A DNA stretch of 64,000 bases. It comes from Lama glama. Taxonomy: Eukaryota. Shown piece by piece: positions 51,080 to 64,000 of the stretch; positions within the stretch are counted from its first letter, which is position 1, and each line of letters starts with the position of its first letter. Below the pieces are notes generated by a model that was not told where the DNA came from, ran no database searches, and was given only the letters and a program-made list of their open reading frames with translations. The position numbers and the translations under genes are program-made. The DNA lies in contig CM052818.1 of assembly GCA_028534125.1 (NCBI GenBank), positions 22,012,001 through 22,076,000 on the forward strand, given 5' to 3'.

Positions 51080-51204
51080 GTAAACGTGTACATTGGGGTC
51101 TTCTTTCTAATAGCAACATGGGGTCTAAGCCCAACAAATTAGACGTGATCTAGGATAGAGATGGAACTTAAATTATATATGTTCATTATTTTCTGTCATT
51201 CTTT

Positions 51205-51530
51205 AAATTAACAAAGACATTTTGGGGCAATTAGGAAGATTGAAATATTGACTGAGTAGTAGGTAATTAAGGAGTCGCTCTCGTTTTATTAGATATGATA
51301 ATGGTATTATGATTTATAGAAAAATGTCCTTAAGTTCTGGTATCTATAATGAAATATTGAGAAATGAAAAAAAAATCAAGATTTCTGTAATTTATTTTAA
51401 AATACTTAAGCTATAAAGAACAAATTCTAGCAAAATGTTAATTATCAGATGTAGGTGATAGGTATATGGAGGGGTTCATTATACTATTCTTTATTTTTCT
51501 GTACATTTGAAACTTTTCATACTAAAGGCT
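51205..51530 (+). mobile_element. Old LINE-1 3' end (L1ME/L1MC-like), sense orientation
   Basis: aaagacattttggggcaatt...ggggttcattatactattctttatttttctgtacatttgaaacttttcatactaaa. Confidence 0.7.
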
Positions 51531-54085
51531 AAAGTGGATCTATGCATTGTATCAAAATTATACTTTGAAAGTAGCATGATCATAAATGGTTTTTGGCAAA
51601 TACATTTCTTGCATATTTCGATTTCATTTGAAAGAAGAAAATGATTAGGGCATTAACCATCGTACTAGTGTGTGTTAAAGTGGTCAAGCAGTATTTCAGG
51701 GTTGAAGACAGGACGTGAGCCCTGTGTCTTGCTCTTGTTCTCTTTCTCTAGTGGTAAACCTTCCTGAAGGCTTGCCTACCTCTGTTATGACCACTTTAAA
51801 ATTCCTGTGACCATCTTGAATGCTCTGGTACAAGCTTGCCTATTATATTCTGGATATTTTCATTTAGGCTTTGTTGTACTCTCCCAAAATTATATATTAT
51901 TTTTGTTTCTTTTTCTATTTTTAATGTTTATGTTGTATGTTTATGTATTTTATATTTCCTTTCTAATATTTTTCCATAGGATGCACCTGTTTAATTTTTC
52001 CAGTTTTTGTGTGGCTTTTCAAATATGCTTTATAATAATTTAACCATAATGCAGCAGCTTTTTTTTTCACTTTTTTATTGCCAGTTTTGAGCTCTTTTCA
52101 GTTGAAAGCCATCAATTTGGAGATTTATACTCTCTTGATTTCTTGCCTTAACTAGAAATTTTGTGACACTGACATAAAGTATCTGAAGTAAGAATTAAGC
52201 TTTCCGCTTTCTCAATTCTGCAGAGTAACTTTTTGAGTCTTTTTCCTTTTTCCCTTCATGTTCAGTCTATACATCCTTGACTCTTTCACCATGTATCTGT
52301 TAAACCTACATATAAATTTCATTGTTATCAATACTGTTTAAATATTCTAATGGAATTTTGATTTGACTGAAATGAATATAAGGTATAGCTCCTGTTTTAA
52401 GATTCTAAAATGCTTTATATTACCTTTTTAAACTGTTTCTTTTTAAGTTTAAGTAAAAACATTTAACCAGTTAACTAAATACTAACTAAACATAATGCAA
52501 TGTGTATTATAAATGCAAAGAAAGATATACCCCTATTCTAATTTTAATGTACAATTTACATTTACCTAGTTGGTTTCATTCTGTTAATTCTTCAAAGGTT
52601 TTAGTTACTTTTGTGTATATCTCAGGATTTGAATGTTTGGCAAAATATGAATACTTTGAAAATTGAATGTTTGCATTAACACTATTGAATTTCTGATAGT
52701 TCAGTATATTAAAGGGATATTGTGCCTTTCACAACAGAAACTTGTGACGAATGAGTTTGGTGCATCACAACAATAGCCTTTTTAAAAAATTAATGGAAAA
52801 TAATAAACACAGCCATAACAATTTCATGTACAGACTACAATTTTAGAAGAAAAAAAAAACTAGTAAGATTTTCTGGATTATTTTGCTGATCTTAAATATT
52901 CAAATTGTACCTTGTATATTTTCATTCATCAGGCTGGTGAACTACATATATACTTGTTGAGGTGTAGCCAATAACTGCAATACATCTTAACCTCTAAGCT
53001 CCCTTAAAAGGAAAATATTTGTATTATATACTAAAGAAGAGATTCTACCTGTTCTTAGTTGAGATGCAAATCATACCTTTTTTCTCACTTGATGTTTTTG
53101 ATATTGTTGCTTCAGTTTAATTGAAAAGCTAATTCAAACACCCCTAACTTATAAACACAAGCATAATGTCTGCTTGTTCAGAAATCTCTAACGTAGCTCA
53201 GACTATTCTTCTGAGCATTAACATCATGTTCATTCCTAGTTGTGTGTATCCATAAAGGGTCTTACGTGATAGTTCAGTTATGCCCTGTCTTTATTGTGAT
53301 TTGTTTATATACACCAGAGTGTGGATTGTAGTTTCAGTTGGATGTTTATAGCCAGGCAATTTTATTTCAGAAAAGTAAGTGACTGAAAAGTGTAGTTACT
53401 TCTCTTTGGGTAACATCTTTTCATTCACTGACAGTTATTGTGAACAAGTGAAATAAAACTGTTAATCAGTCAAACAAATGTTGCTTAGTTTACTTGTTAG
53501 ATATCTGTATATTTGAAAATTGTATGTTTTTGTATAAGTCCTGTCGTAGCCAAATAATTTGATCTCCTAATTTTAGAATTATAGGCTATATTCACTTTAA
53601 TGCTATTGTGTTGAAATGTTAACTATAGTAACCACCCACTTATAGATTAAAGATTGCTTTAAAATGAATCTTTTGCTCCCCTCAATCTAAATTATACCCC
53701 TGGTTTATTTGGACTTTAACACACATTTTGCAATTTATTTTGAAACTGGGTTCATCTTTTGACAAACAAATTCAGAAGAGCTGTTTTTCGTTTTTATTGG
53801 CATGAAAATAGAGAGCTAGTATGAAAAATAATTTTAAAAGGAAGCCCTTTCAGGTACCATCCATTTGGAGTAAGTATTAGTTTCCAAAACTGTCACTTCG
53901 TTTTTTAAAGATTGGAAGAGTGATAAAACATCTGCTTGCTCGATCTGTGTGTGTCTGTAGAGTGGTACAGTGAGTGAGTAGAAAAAGAAAGGGAAATATG
54001 TGGGTTTAGGGCTTTGTTTTAGAGCTCCCCCCCCTTTTGCCATTTCAGAATAATGTCATCTCATTTGTTGTTTTTTCCTTCATAG

Positions 54086-54212
54086 ATGCATTTAATATTT
54101 TCTTGAAAGCAGAAAAGCAAAATATTGTGTTTAACAATGAAACTTATAACAATCTTATAAACTTACTATTGATGAAGGATAATCCTGCACAAGCATTACA
54201 AGTGAAAGATTT
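54086..54212 (+). CDS. LRPPRC: LRPPRC exon ~30 (127 nt): [42 protein letters not shown](F)
   Basis: ttcatag| acceptor, |gtaagt donor; PPR-like NETYNNLI. Confidence 0.95.
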
Positions 54213-54872
54213 GTAAGTATTAATCCATTCATTAAACCTCTCACTTTAAAAAAATATCAGCTGTCATTAGGATTTTTCTAATGATGTATTGTAGTAGCAG
54301 TTGCTTAATAATTAGCTTCAACTACCCACAAAAAATGTACATGAAATGGTTTTCTAATTCTGTGGGGGTTTGTAACCTATAAAAAATACAACCTTTATTG
54401 TCCCTGCACAGTACAGTATATTTTAGTTACCTTAGATAACCTTACAACTTATGTATGCTATTCATACACAGTAATTTTTTTTAAATCATATTCTGGTTCT
54501 TATTCATCAGCTAGATGTGTGTACCTTTTATGGTGGAAACAGCCTAATACATGAAGACACCATGGACTTTGAACTTAGGCAAGGGTTTGAATCTTGCTTG
54601 AAAGGTCTTGGGAAATTCCCTCCTGTCTCTGAGCTGCGTCTTCTGTATGATGAGTAGATGATAAAAATGATCTTACGTTAATGATTTCGACTGGGTATTG
54701 AAGGAGATAAAGTGAAGTAGAAAAATATGTGCTGCTCAACACATTTTAAATACCTTTTCTCTTTCCACTTGTTTTGTAATCTGTTTAGGGTGGTGGTAGT
54801 GGTTTTGTCTCTCTGGCTGGTTCCCTAGAGTAAAACAATTTTGTTAATCAGAGCAAGAATATTGTTTTCTTT

Positions 54873-55050
54873 GGAGGGGCGGGGTATAGCTTAAGGGTTA
54901 CAGTGTTTGCTTGGCACGCACAAGGTCCTGGGTTCAATCCCCAGTACCTCCTTTAAAAATAAAACTAAATAAATAAACCTAATACCTCCTCCTTCAAAAA
55001 TAAATAAAAGGATGCTTCCTTATTTAAACAAAAAAAGAAGAAGAAGAAAG
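54873..55050 (+). mobile_element. tRNA-derived SINE (Vic-1-like)
   Basis: ggggtatagcttaagggttacag...aggtcctgggttcaatccccagtacctcc...aaataaacctaatacctcc with A/GAA tail. Confidence 0.88.
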
Positions 55051-55494
55051 ATAAAGTTTTCTTCCCTGGTGTTGTGTCAGTTAACTGACTCTGTTGTCTT
55101 AGCAACCCAAGGAGTTACCTTCAAAATTTAAGTAATTAATCAGAAAGGGCCTGCAAAGGAGTAGATCAAGGTCATCTGAACGTAGACCTGTCCTATTGAT
55201 GAGTCATTAGCTTTATTTTCAAGGGCAAAGGTCAGCCTTTTCCTAGTATATTGTAAGTTTTGAAATCATCTCTCTGGCTAATTTTTGGCCTTAAATTTTT
55301 TAAGTCATAGCACTTTTGGAATATTAGAATCTTGAAAAGAAAATGAATGTTTGCCATTCTTGGAATATGCTGGAAAACCTGGTGTTAAAGTTAATTCACC
55401 TTGGGGCCGTATTTACTGTTTGTTTCAGTACATTTTCAAAAATATGTTATATATAACTATACTTGTCTGTGGAAATACATATACACACGTACAA

Positions 55495-55548
55495 TGTGTG
55501 TGTGTGTGTGTATATATATATATACACATACATATACACCATATATAT
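55495..55548. repeat. Compound (TG)n(TA)n(CA/TA) microsatellite
   Basis: tgtgtgtgtgtgtgtgtatatatatatatacacatacatatac. Confidence 0.85.
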
Positions 55549-56947
55549 CTGTGCTCTTGAATCGTTGTTTATATGTCTGGATAGAAGACAGTCACACTGA
55601 GACTTTTAAGTTCAAGTTTTTAACATTCTGTGTCTCATTTGTGTGTTTACTCAGTTGCTAATTAAATTATCTATCTCTAAAATACTCAGTACATCCTCAG
55701 TTAGTGACCTGGAAAAGTTGACATTGAACAGTGTCCTGTCATCTGTAACCTTTGAAGTCATCTAAGAGGTGCAGTTTTTTCCCTAAAGTAACTTCTCTCA
55801 GAAAATTATTATATTAACTCCTTACCCCAACACCATCTCCATAACAATCAAAGGTGTTTTGAAGCAACAGTGATTTGGGAGGAAGGAGAGTCAGAAAAAA
55901 GAGTAACTATGTTACTGGAGGAATGTCACATAACTTCTCTGGATTCACATCCTGGTTCATTGCCTGCATCAGACAAGATCATCTCCCATTCCAGCTCTGT
56001 ATCAATGATAAGAGTGAAGAAGAATTGTTGCCCTTTTTTGGTAGGCTTCTTTATTGTAATATGGTGTGACCAAATGAGCACTGTAGCAAGTGGCAGTACT
56101 CCCAGTGTTATCTGGCACTGTCACTCAGTCTATACATAGCAGTCTGTTACACCTTCCTACACGATGCCACTTGTCTAGTCTGAAGAGCAGTAATTTTCCC
56201 TAAGATCTAATGCGATCTTCATTTTTTCTGTAGCTTTGCTATCTCTATTTTGTTGCAGATTCACTTGACTACTAATGAGACTTCTTAAGTCTTATTAAGG
56301 TCATTTAAGTTTCCCGACAAGTAATGGAACTTCAGAAGTAACAGTAATAGATGGCTTTTAAAATTTTGTAAAGAAAGTTAATTTCTTTCATTTTTAATTA
56401 GAATTACATTTCCTCATGTTTCAGGATAAAACGTTATGTATAGTGAATTCTTCCAAGGGAGAGGAACTGTTTATTCAAAGAGCAGCAAGGAATACAAACT
56501 GTTATTTCAAATCTCTCATAACACTAAACTGTATTCTTAGGAAATTTGAGAATCGTGTGGCAATAACTCTGCTTTTATCTTTTGCAAATAACACTTCATT
56601 TTCTCTTGTTCCTACTAGCTTCTTACTTCATTCGATCTAAAAATAACGCTAAATCAATCACTGATGGTTTTTACTGGATTGGCCAGCTTTTATTATCCAA
56701 AGTAAGATAAATTGTAATCACTGACTAATGGCCTATGTGCATGTTACATAAGTACAATCCACAGACCAGTCATTGCTCTGAAATCTCTAATATGAAACTT
56801 TCCCTATAATACTGTCTTCTTTGGTTAAGACAGTAATTTTTGCAATTGATCATGAATTAAAAGATTAATACCTCTCTGTCTCTCTCTGTAATTTTTTCCC
56901 TTTGTTTTGGCAGTTCTAAAAATGAAAAGAAAATGTCTAGAATTCTG

Positions 56948-57132
56948 TATTGTCCAGTCCCATAGCCACAAGCCATAAGTGCCTTCTTAAATTATTAAAA
57001 TTAAATATAATTAAAGTTTCCATTCCTCCATCACAGTAGCCATATAGCCACATGTGGCTAGTGGCTACCCTGTTGGACAACATGGATAAAGAATATTCCT
57101 GTCATCATAGGAAGTTTGATTTGACATCTTTG
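56948..57132 (-). mobile_element. MER3-like hAT-Charlie non-autonomous DNA transposon
   Basis: Internal palindrome TAGCCACATGTGGCTA followed by gtggctaccctgttggaca...catcataggaagtt; AT-rich core. Confidence 0.8.
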
Positions 57133-58853
57133 CAGTAGTTTTTTTCCCCTAGTTGTTGTTTTTTTTTTCCCTGGAAGCTCATAATTATGATTCAGAAGTA
57201 AACTTATTGTATGAATGAGTCCAGTGCAGAGATCAGCAGTGCCCTTTGTAGTTCTTCTCCCTTTGCCTGTTTGGAATATATTTGGGTTGTGATTAGTCAG
57301 TTTTTACATGTATAAAACATATATATATGTTCAGTATAAAATACAGCTGGGGAGAATTTTTTTGCTTCTATTTAACTTCACTTTCAAATTTGTACTGCTC
57401 AGTAGGCACCTTCTTGAGATAAGAAGAGATTATTGAAAAAGAATATTCTGTGTTTGGAGGTTTTCAAGAGACTTGACATCAACTATGATGTCAGTTAGAG
57501 AAGTTTTGTCACCTCAGTGGTTTAAGTGAATTTTAGGTAGTATTTTCAAGTAAACGTGGTAGAACACATGTTATAATATTGGCGTAGGAAGTGAGCTTTT
57601 ATTCTAATGTTTAGTATTTACTATTTTAATAGTGTCTCCTGTTGATTTAATCGTGCTAAAGATTGAGAAAGCAAATCCCTTATTTTCTGCAGTTTATAGT
57701 CTCATGCACGAGTTGTTGACTTAAGAGCTTTGACAGATGGGACAAAGGGAAAAAGTCAAAGTGAGCAATGGGTGCTCTGGTGGGATTAAGAGGATCGGTT
57801 GGGGGATAAGAAAATCCTGTGCCCGGAGGCTGCAGGGGGGAGCCTCAGAGGCTGAAAGTGACTGAGAGGATGGGCACATCACAGTGTCTTTGGAGGATTT
57901 TCTTGGGATTGACGAGAATAATTTAGCTGTGACCCTGCTTTTCTCGCAATCTGCTCAGCTCAGACGTTCCTGTCGGCAGGCCGAGGTTGTTGGCAGCAGG
58001 ATCATCACTGAGCTTGATAGGCGAATGGCAGCAATTGCTTGTGCTCCTTTTGACCTGTGGAGATTTCCTAATCTGGAGATGAACCCAGAGGCATTAAGGA
58101 TGCTAAAGTTTCATCACAGGAGATGTGCAAACAATGTAGCAAACAGAAGTCTCTGGCTCGGGGTTTTTTTTTGTTGTTTGTTTTTAATAAATCATGTAGG
58201 TTTTAGTCATAAATAAAGCGAATTTTTGCTCTTGAGTTTTAGAAAGTTTGGGAGGGAGGATCTCAAATTTAATGCCGGGATAAGATTGTGTGAAATTTTA
58301 AATTTTAATGGAACAATGGTTTTAGTTCTGCAGTATGTTCCTCTTTAAAAACTGTATGTATCTGGATGACAGAAATTTGAAAATTAATCAACCAAATGAT
58401 ACGGTGTTAGTAATATGCTTTAGTTTATATTTAAAATATAAAGTGCTGAAAATAAATGCTCATTTTTGTTGCCGAAAGAATAGTTTTACATTTTATAATT
58501 ATGGTGAATGTAGAAAAAAGAGGAAAAAGTATCCAGCTTCGGATACAGCAGAACAATGCAGGGCATGCAGTTATTTTAGTCATCTAATATGTCAGCATTC
58601 AAGAATCTGAACCGATTGTTTAAAAAAAATCTTGTACTTTGTTTCTTTTGTTGCTCATTTCCAACTTTGTCATCTGTCAGAATGCAAAAAAAAATTATCC
58701 TTCTATAACCATTGACAGGATAACACAAAAGCTGTCTCCAGGTCGATATTTTGCAGCAATATTTTTAACATACGAACAGTAGTTTTTATAATTTCACCTT
58801 GGTGCTCAACCATTTATTATCGTATCAGAAGCATGTCAGTAATTCCTTTCTAA

Positions 58854-58991
<138 letters not shown>

Positions 58992-60681
58992 TAATGCCTC
59001 TGCAGATTTTTCTTGTAACGCCCTTCGAATACTTGGATAAAGGAGTCCATTTAGCAAATTACCTGCTTATCAAGAGCCTTTTGTGGTAGCTGAGAGACGT
59101 AAATTACTGTACATGCATTTATAATACAGCTTGAATATGAATGTACTTGTCATTTGACCACTTAGTCCAGTTTCCATTCCATTTAACACAAGATGGGTTT
59201 TCTTAAGATGAATCACAGCTCTTCAGACATGCAAAATTTGTGTTCCAGAGCGAGAGAAAGTACAGGCTTTCAAGTGCGTTAAAATTCACAGCACAAGTCA
59301 TTTTGCTTTGGAAATTAACATACTTTAGAGCATCCGAAACAATTCCCAGCAGTTGTTTCTTGCATATTGTGTTGGTTGTGTGTGAGATAGCAAATAAGTT
59401 AAATTGAGTGTTAAATGTGTGGGATTGTGCACCAAATGATTATAATATTGATTTTTAAAACTTAATCTAATACTTTTTTAATAGTTCATAATACCAACAG
59501 CAGTAAAATGCAGTGTTTGTTTGGCGTTTGGAGTTTTTAAATTAATAGTAAGAGGGTAACACCAGAAAAATGCGGCGATGACTTTGGGGCGGATTGAGAT
59601 GGGAGCCGTTTGTTTGATAGAGGCTGTTTAATGGGATTGCAGGCAGAGAGGGGTGGATTTGGATCTGGAGGTCTTATGAATGAGCTCCCATGGGGGAAAA
59701 TGATGAATCTCTTAAATTTAGGTAGGCATCTTTTCACATTCAGTTTTGCATTTGAATTTTTGTTAATACAGTACCACCACAGTTTTGCTCACACAACAAA
59801 ACCCACTTAGGAACTCTTTAAGGAGGGCTGAACAAAGCTCATTAACTGTTAAATATGTTACCTGGTTTCTTCCTCAGTATGTAATAATGGGGTTACTCTT
59901 CACTTGCATGTTTATAAAATAGTTTCCTATCTGTGAAAGTTGCTGTCTAATTGTGCAGCTTTAGTATTCCCGTAATACCTAGAGGTGTCGGTCTTTAGAT
60001 GTCTTCCTAATTGATTAGGACTGAGCATGTATGTGATGGTTTCTCCCTTTGCAGAATTTCTACTTCAGTATTCCACGGGGAGGGAGGGCCACATCTATAC
60101 AGCCTTAAGTCATAATTGAGTGTTGTAGGACTTGTTATAAAAACTTTAAAAGCTTTCATTTTATTTTCAATAAAAAAGGCTTTTTGACAAATTGATATTT
60201 AATATAGAGATGATAAACAATTTTAAAACATTGGAAAGTTAAACTTGCTCTCCATATAAATAAGCTCATTTTTGTAAATAGCTAAAGTTTCTGTAGACAT
60301 AAAGATCAGAAAAAAAACACCTTTTAATTTCAAGGGATTAATTTTTGAGCTGAATCTGAACAGTGTTTTAACTTGACTGCTACCCTTTGCTTGTCTGTTA
60401 GGTACCTGTGATCACGACAAGAAACTTTATGATACAATTTCACATTTATTCTCAGCTATTTAGTTCAACTGGAGGTTGGCTGAGAGCAGAAGCCCACTGT
60501 TCCCCACTACCAACCACCTCCACCTCCCATGCCTCGCCACAGACTAACCTACTGTTAAAGTGCTTATTGGCAAGGTGCGAATGGTGTTGGCACTCTCCAC
60601 ACACCTCTCTATTTTGCTTCATGGCCAACTAGAGCTCCCAATTTTAAAACTACCCTTCTCTTTTTCAGGTTTCTTTTTCTC

Positions 60682-60730
60682 TTTTTATTTATTTATTTTT
60701 AACATTTTTTATTGATTTATAATCATTTTA
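60682..60730 (-). mobile_element. 49-nt LINE-1 3' tip with perfect 16-bp TSD
   Basis: CAGGTTTCTTTTTCTC at 60666-60681 and 60731-60746; insert matches the L1 3' end at 38160. Confidence 0.85.
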
Positions 60731-61079
60731 CAGGTTTCTTTTTCTCAATCCCATCTAAAGCCAGAAGAAAAATAAAGCCAGTTCAGTCTTAATCTAATTT
60801 TATAAGCTAATGCTGCTCTGGAATATTGACAGCTGATACATGACACTTCTGCAGTGTCATCAATATTACTAGTAAATTAGGTGACAGCATGTAAAGGACT
60901 CAGAGGGAGGGATGTAGGACGGAAATCGTTATTGGTGTCCCTTAAGTCATAAACTGTTCAGAAGGCAAGTCCCGTATGGGGATATGACTTCACTTCAAAG
61001 GTCATGTGCTCCCTTTGGATAGTCATGAAACGATCTATTCTCAAACCTCCACGCTGTTACGAACATGTGCGCCCGAAGA

Positions 61080-61265
61080 TGCAGACTCTAGGCTGCTTAG
61101 ATTCTTGGGTTGGTCTCTAACAGTTTGACCTTGGGCAAAGTACATAAATTATCTGTGCCTCAGTTTCTCACCTGTAAAATTGGTGCTTCCCTCAGAAGGG
61201 TAGTTGTGAGTGTAGCTGCTTGATACTGTGCCTGGCGTGGAGTAAATGCGCAACAAATGTGGTAA
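61080..61265 (+). mobile_element. MIR
   Basis: tgaccttgggcaaagtacataaattatctgtgcctcagtttctcacctgtaaaattgg...gtgcctggcgtggagtaaatgcgcaacaaatg. Confidence 0.8.
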
Positions 61266-62523
61266 AATGCTGGCTGCTGTCATCATCATCGTGATCTTAC
61301 TTTTGTTGATATTATTTTGATCCACTCGCAGGAAGATCCTCCTTGGCTGACAGTATTCTCGGCTAATAAGAATATTCTGAAGTTGTTTATCTCTGTATGC
61401 CTGCCAGTTAAGAAGACTTTCTCAGGCTTATTTTCTATAGATAATATTAAAGTAGTATAAATAGCATTTTTTGTTTCCTGTGTGTTTGTGTGTATTTATA
61501 ACATTTTATTGTATATGCCTTCTAAATCTACCTCTTTTCCCTTTTCCCCACTTGAGAATCACTGTTTAATAGAGTTTTTAATTATTGCCTTCTCCCCATT
61601 CTTCTGTAAAAGAGAGGCCGTTCTTCCTTGGAAATCTGCTTTGAGAGTCTCAGTTTTACACAGGTTACACCACTTTAATTGCTACAGAGCCATGAAGTTT
61701 CCTTTGGTAGTGAGAGCGGTGATTGTTATGCTAAGTGTTACATTCTCCCAGTCTGCCACTTTATTTAATACTGATTTTGCTACACTGCACAGGAGTTAGT
61801 AAATCAGAAGGATATTCCATATTTATCCATAATTAAGTACTTACAGTGAGCATGATGCTTTAAAAAACAAATACTTCTGTGGAGAGAGCTCCTGGGAATC
61901 GGATGAGCTTTATTTTCTCTGAAAAAATGATTGCAAGAAAATATTGACTAGGGATTTAAATCATGTAAAATAAATTTGTTAAGTGTGTAACTCGAATGTT
62001 CCGGTTTGGCTGGCCTTGTATGATCAGCCCTTTTTGGACTAGAAAGAGACATCATTTTTCAAGGACGAATCTTTGGGATATTAGAAGATTTTGATAATCA
62101 TGAATCTTTTGAGTGTAATAAAATCTGGGAAAGTATGAAAGTGGGTAGAAGTTACATATTTTTGGAAAGTTTTTAATTTTTAAAACTCATTCTTATTTGT
62201 ACTTCTCTGAACTTGTCAGCTTCCTTGAAATTAGTCACTAAATGTTATCCCTGAGTGGAGCTCATGTTTTGTCAGTAACATTTGCGTTTTTCTCTGTGAC
62301 TTAAAGAAGAAATTTCTCTGATCTCTGATATTTTGTAGTCAAATAAGTCATTATTTTTTTAGGTTTCTCATAAAGTATTAATATTTTCTGTAATACAGAA
62401 TAAATTATTCATAGCTTTTTGTGTGTAGCCACTTGGTGCACATATTTAAAAGCTGGTCTTCAAGATGCATTAAAGTTAATACAGTTCATATAAGAAAAAC
62501 CGTCGCCTGTTCTTCTTTTGTAG

Positions 62524-62728
62524 ATGCTCTGACAACGCTAAAAACAACCTTAGATCTGGAGCAGGTACCTTCTAGGGTAGCAGTGACCCGCCTTATTCAG
62601 GCATGCGCCTTGAAGGGTGATACGGAAAGTGTACAGGCAATTCAGAAGTTGGTAAATGGACTCGAAGATTCAATTGGACTTTCCCGAATGGTTTTCATCA
62701 ATAACACCGCTTTAGCACAAATAAAGAG
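62524..62728 (+). CDS. LRPPRC: LRPPRC exon ~32 (205 nt): [68 protein letters not shown]
   Basis: ttttgtag| acceptor, GAG|gtgagt donor; lies inside ORF 62421..62732. Confidence 0.97.
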
Positions 62729-64000
62729 GTGAGTATTGTTGAACTTTCTTTCCCTCTGCTGGAAACTGGAAGAAGCATTACCTCAAATACCACCTTTTAA
62801 AAACTAGGCGATTAGAAACCATATCAACTACAGGGGAAATATTGGTGGCAGTTGCTGGTTATTCTTTAACTATCAGGGAATAATTATACATTACAAAATA
62901 TGTTTTAGCTTTAAGTTAAATTGTAGAATAAGCAACATTTATCAAATTTTTCAAATTCATTAAACTTGCTCCATGGTTGGTAACTTTTCTCGTTTAACTT
63001 TTCTTGCTGTCAGAGCAGTTGGTTGCAGAAGTGAAAAATGAGTTCATTTGATTGTCAGCAACACTTGAGGGTGACGCTCTACCAGCACATTGTGAAACAG
63101 GGCCCAGCAAGCTTGTTAAAAATTACATGCATTTCCACTTTCCCTACCCTCCTGCTCGTCTACCCCTGTTAGCACACAGCCACACAAAGGGAGTTTTTTA
63201 GAGCTGATTCTGTTACCACCACCTCTGGATTCCTTGTTGAGAATCACTACTGTAGAAGTAAATAAGAACTTGATTTTTACTAACTTCACTAGCAAAGTTA
63301 AAGATTCACAGGGTGACTGTGATTATGGAAGTAACATTCTTAATGGTTTTCCAAAAAAACCTGTTCCTTAGTAGTTAATCTTACGTGCATTCCATGGGTT
63401 TTGATAATAAAATGTCATACTGGTTTTTACAGGGTATTTTGTTTGTTCACGTTTATTTGGGCAGAGAAGAGGTTTTCTTTTAGTTTTCCTCCTTTTAAAA
63501 CTATTTTACCAGGTAGAACTTTAAACTTTCCCTTTAATTAGAAAATATGATTATTTTGAGTTAGACGATCCAGAAAATTATCCAAGAAAGATCTGAATGA
63601 ATTTTAAAACGTTACCGTATAAACACAGTTTTATATGATGTGGAGAATATGGTTTTAGTCACTATTAAATAATTCTGTAAAACCTGTAAGAGAAATTTAT
63701 TTTAATGGAGTGTTCATTTTTAGAGAATTCTTATTTTAGGTAATAATTCCAACATTAATTATTTGGATTTGAAGTGTCATATCATAATTGTGCAGTATCA
63801 ATTAAAAGAGAACCTTACCCGAAAAGATAGTCATAAAGATAATTTTTTTATCATAACTAGTTGAAAAAAAGCCATGTAATTGATTTTTTTTTACTGTAAA
63901 ATGTGAAGATCCTTTTTTCTGAGAATTTTAGTATAAACTGAGTATTTTTCAAATGTTGTATATTACCTGACAAAAACAAATTGTTGTGACTATGGGTTGA

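Noticed and set aside
57045..57060. Perfect 16-bp palindrome TAGCCACATGTGGCTA
   Set aside because: An intrinsic part of the MER3-like transposon, not a separate element

Overview
Mammalian genomic DNA, AT-rich and CpG-poor, lying entirely inside one + strand protein-coding gene, LRPPRC (mitochondrial leucine-rich PPR-motif RNA-binding protein). I traced 21 consecutive internal coding exons (about exons 12-32 by recalled human numbering). All have AG/GT boundaries and consistent phases, and they splice into an uninterrupted 2197-nt frame (about 732 codons). The start and stop codons lie outside the window. Four tRNA-Ala-derived SINEs resembling camelid Vic-1 suggest a camelid (alpaca, llama or camel). 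The introns also hold LINE-1 pieces of several ages (mostly antisense), L2, MIR, an MLT1A-type LTR, a MER3-type DNA transposon, microsatellites and one 500-N assembly gap. No prokaryotic system or new protein-coding gene is evident. The best leads are: (i) a ~17 kb repeat-poor intronic zone with clusters of Sox/POU/homeodomain/E-box/Meis motifs, possibly long-range enhancers of the SIX3/SIX2 neighbourhood; (ii) tiny TSD-flanked retro-insertions (a 49-nt L1 tip and a poly(A)-only insertion); (iii) two candidate L1 3' transduction or retrocopy segments; (iv) chained perfect palindromes that look like template-switch scars; and (v) inverted SINE pairs placed to promote editing or back-splicing. 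Repeat family names and comparisons with human come from memory, not from a search.
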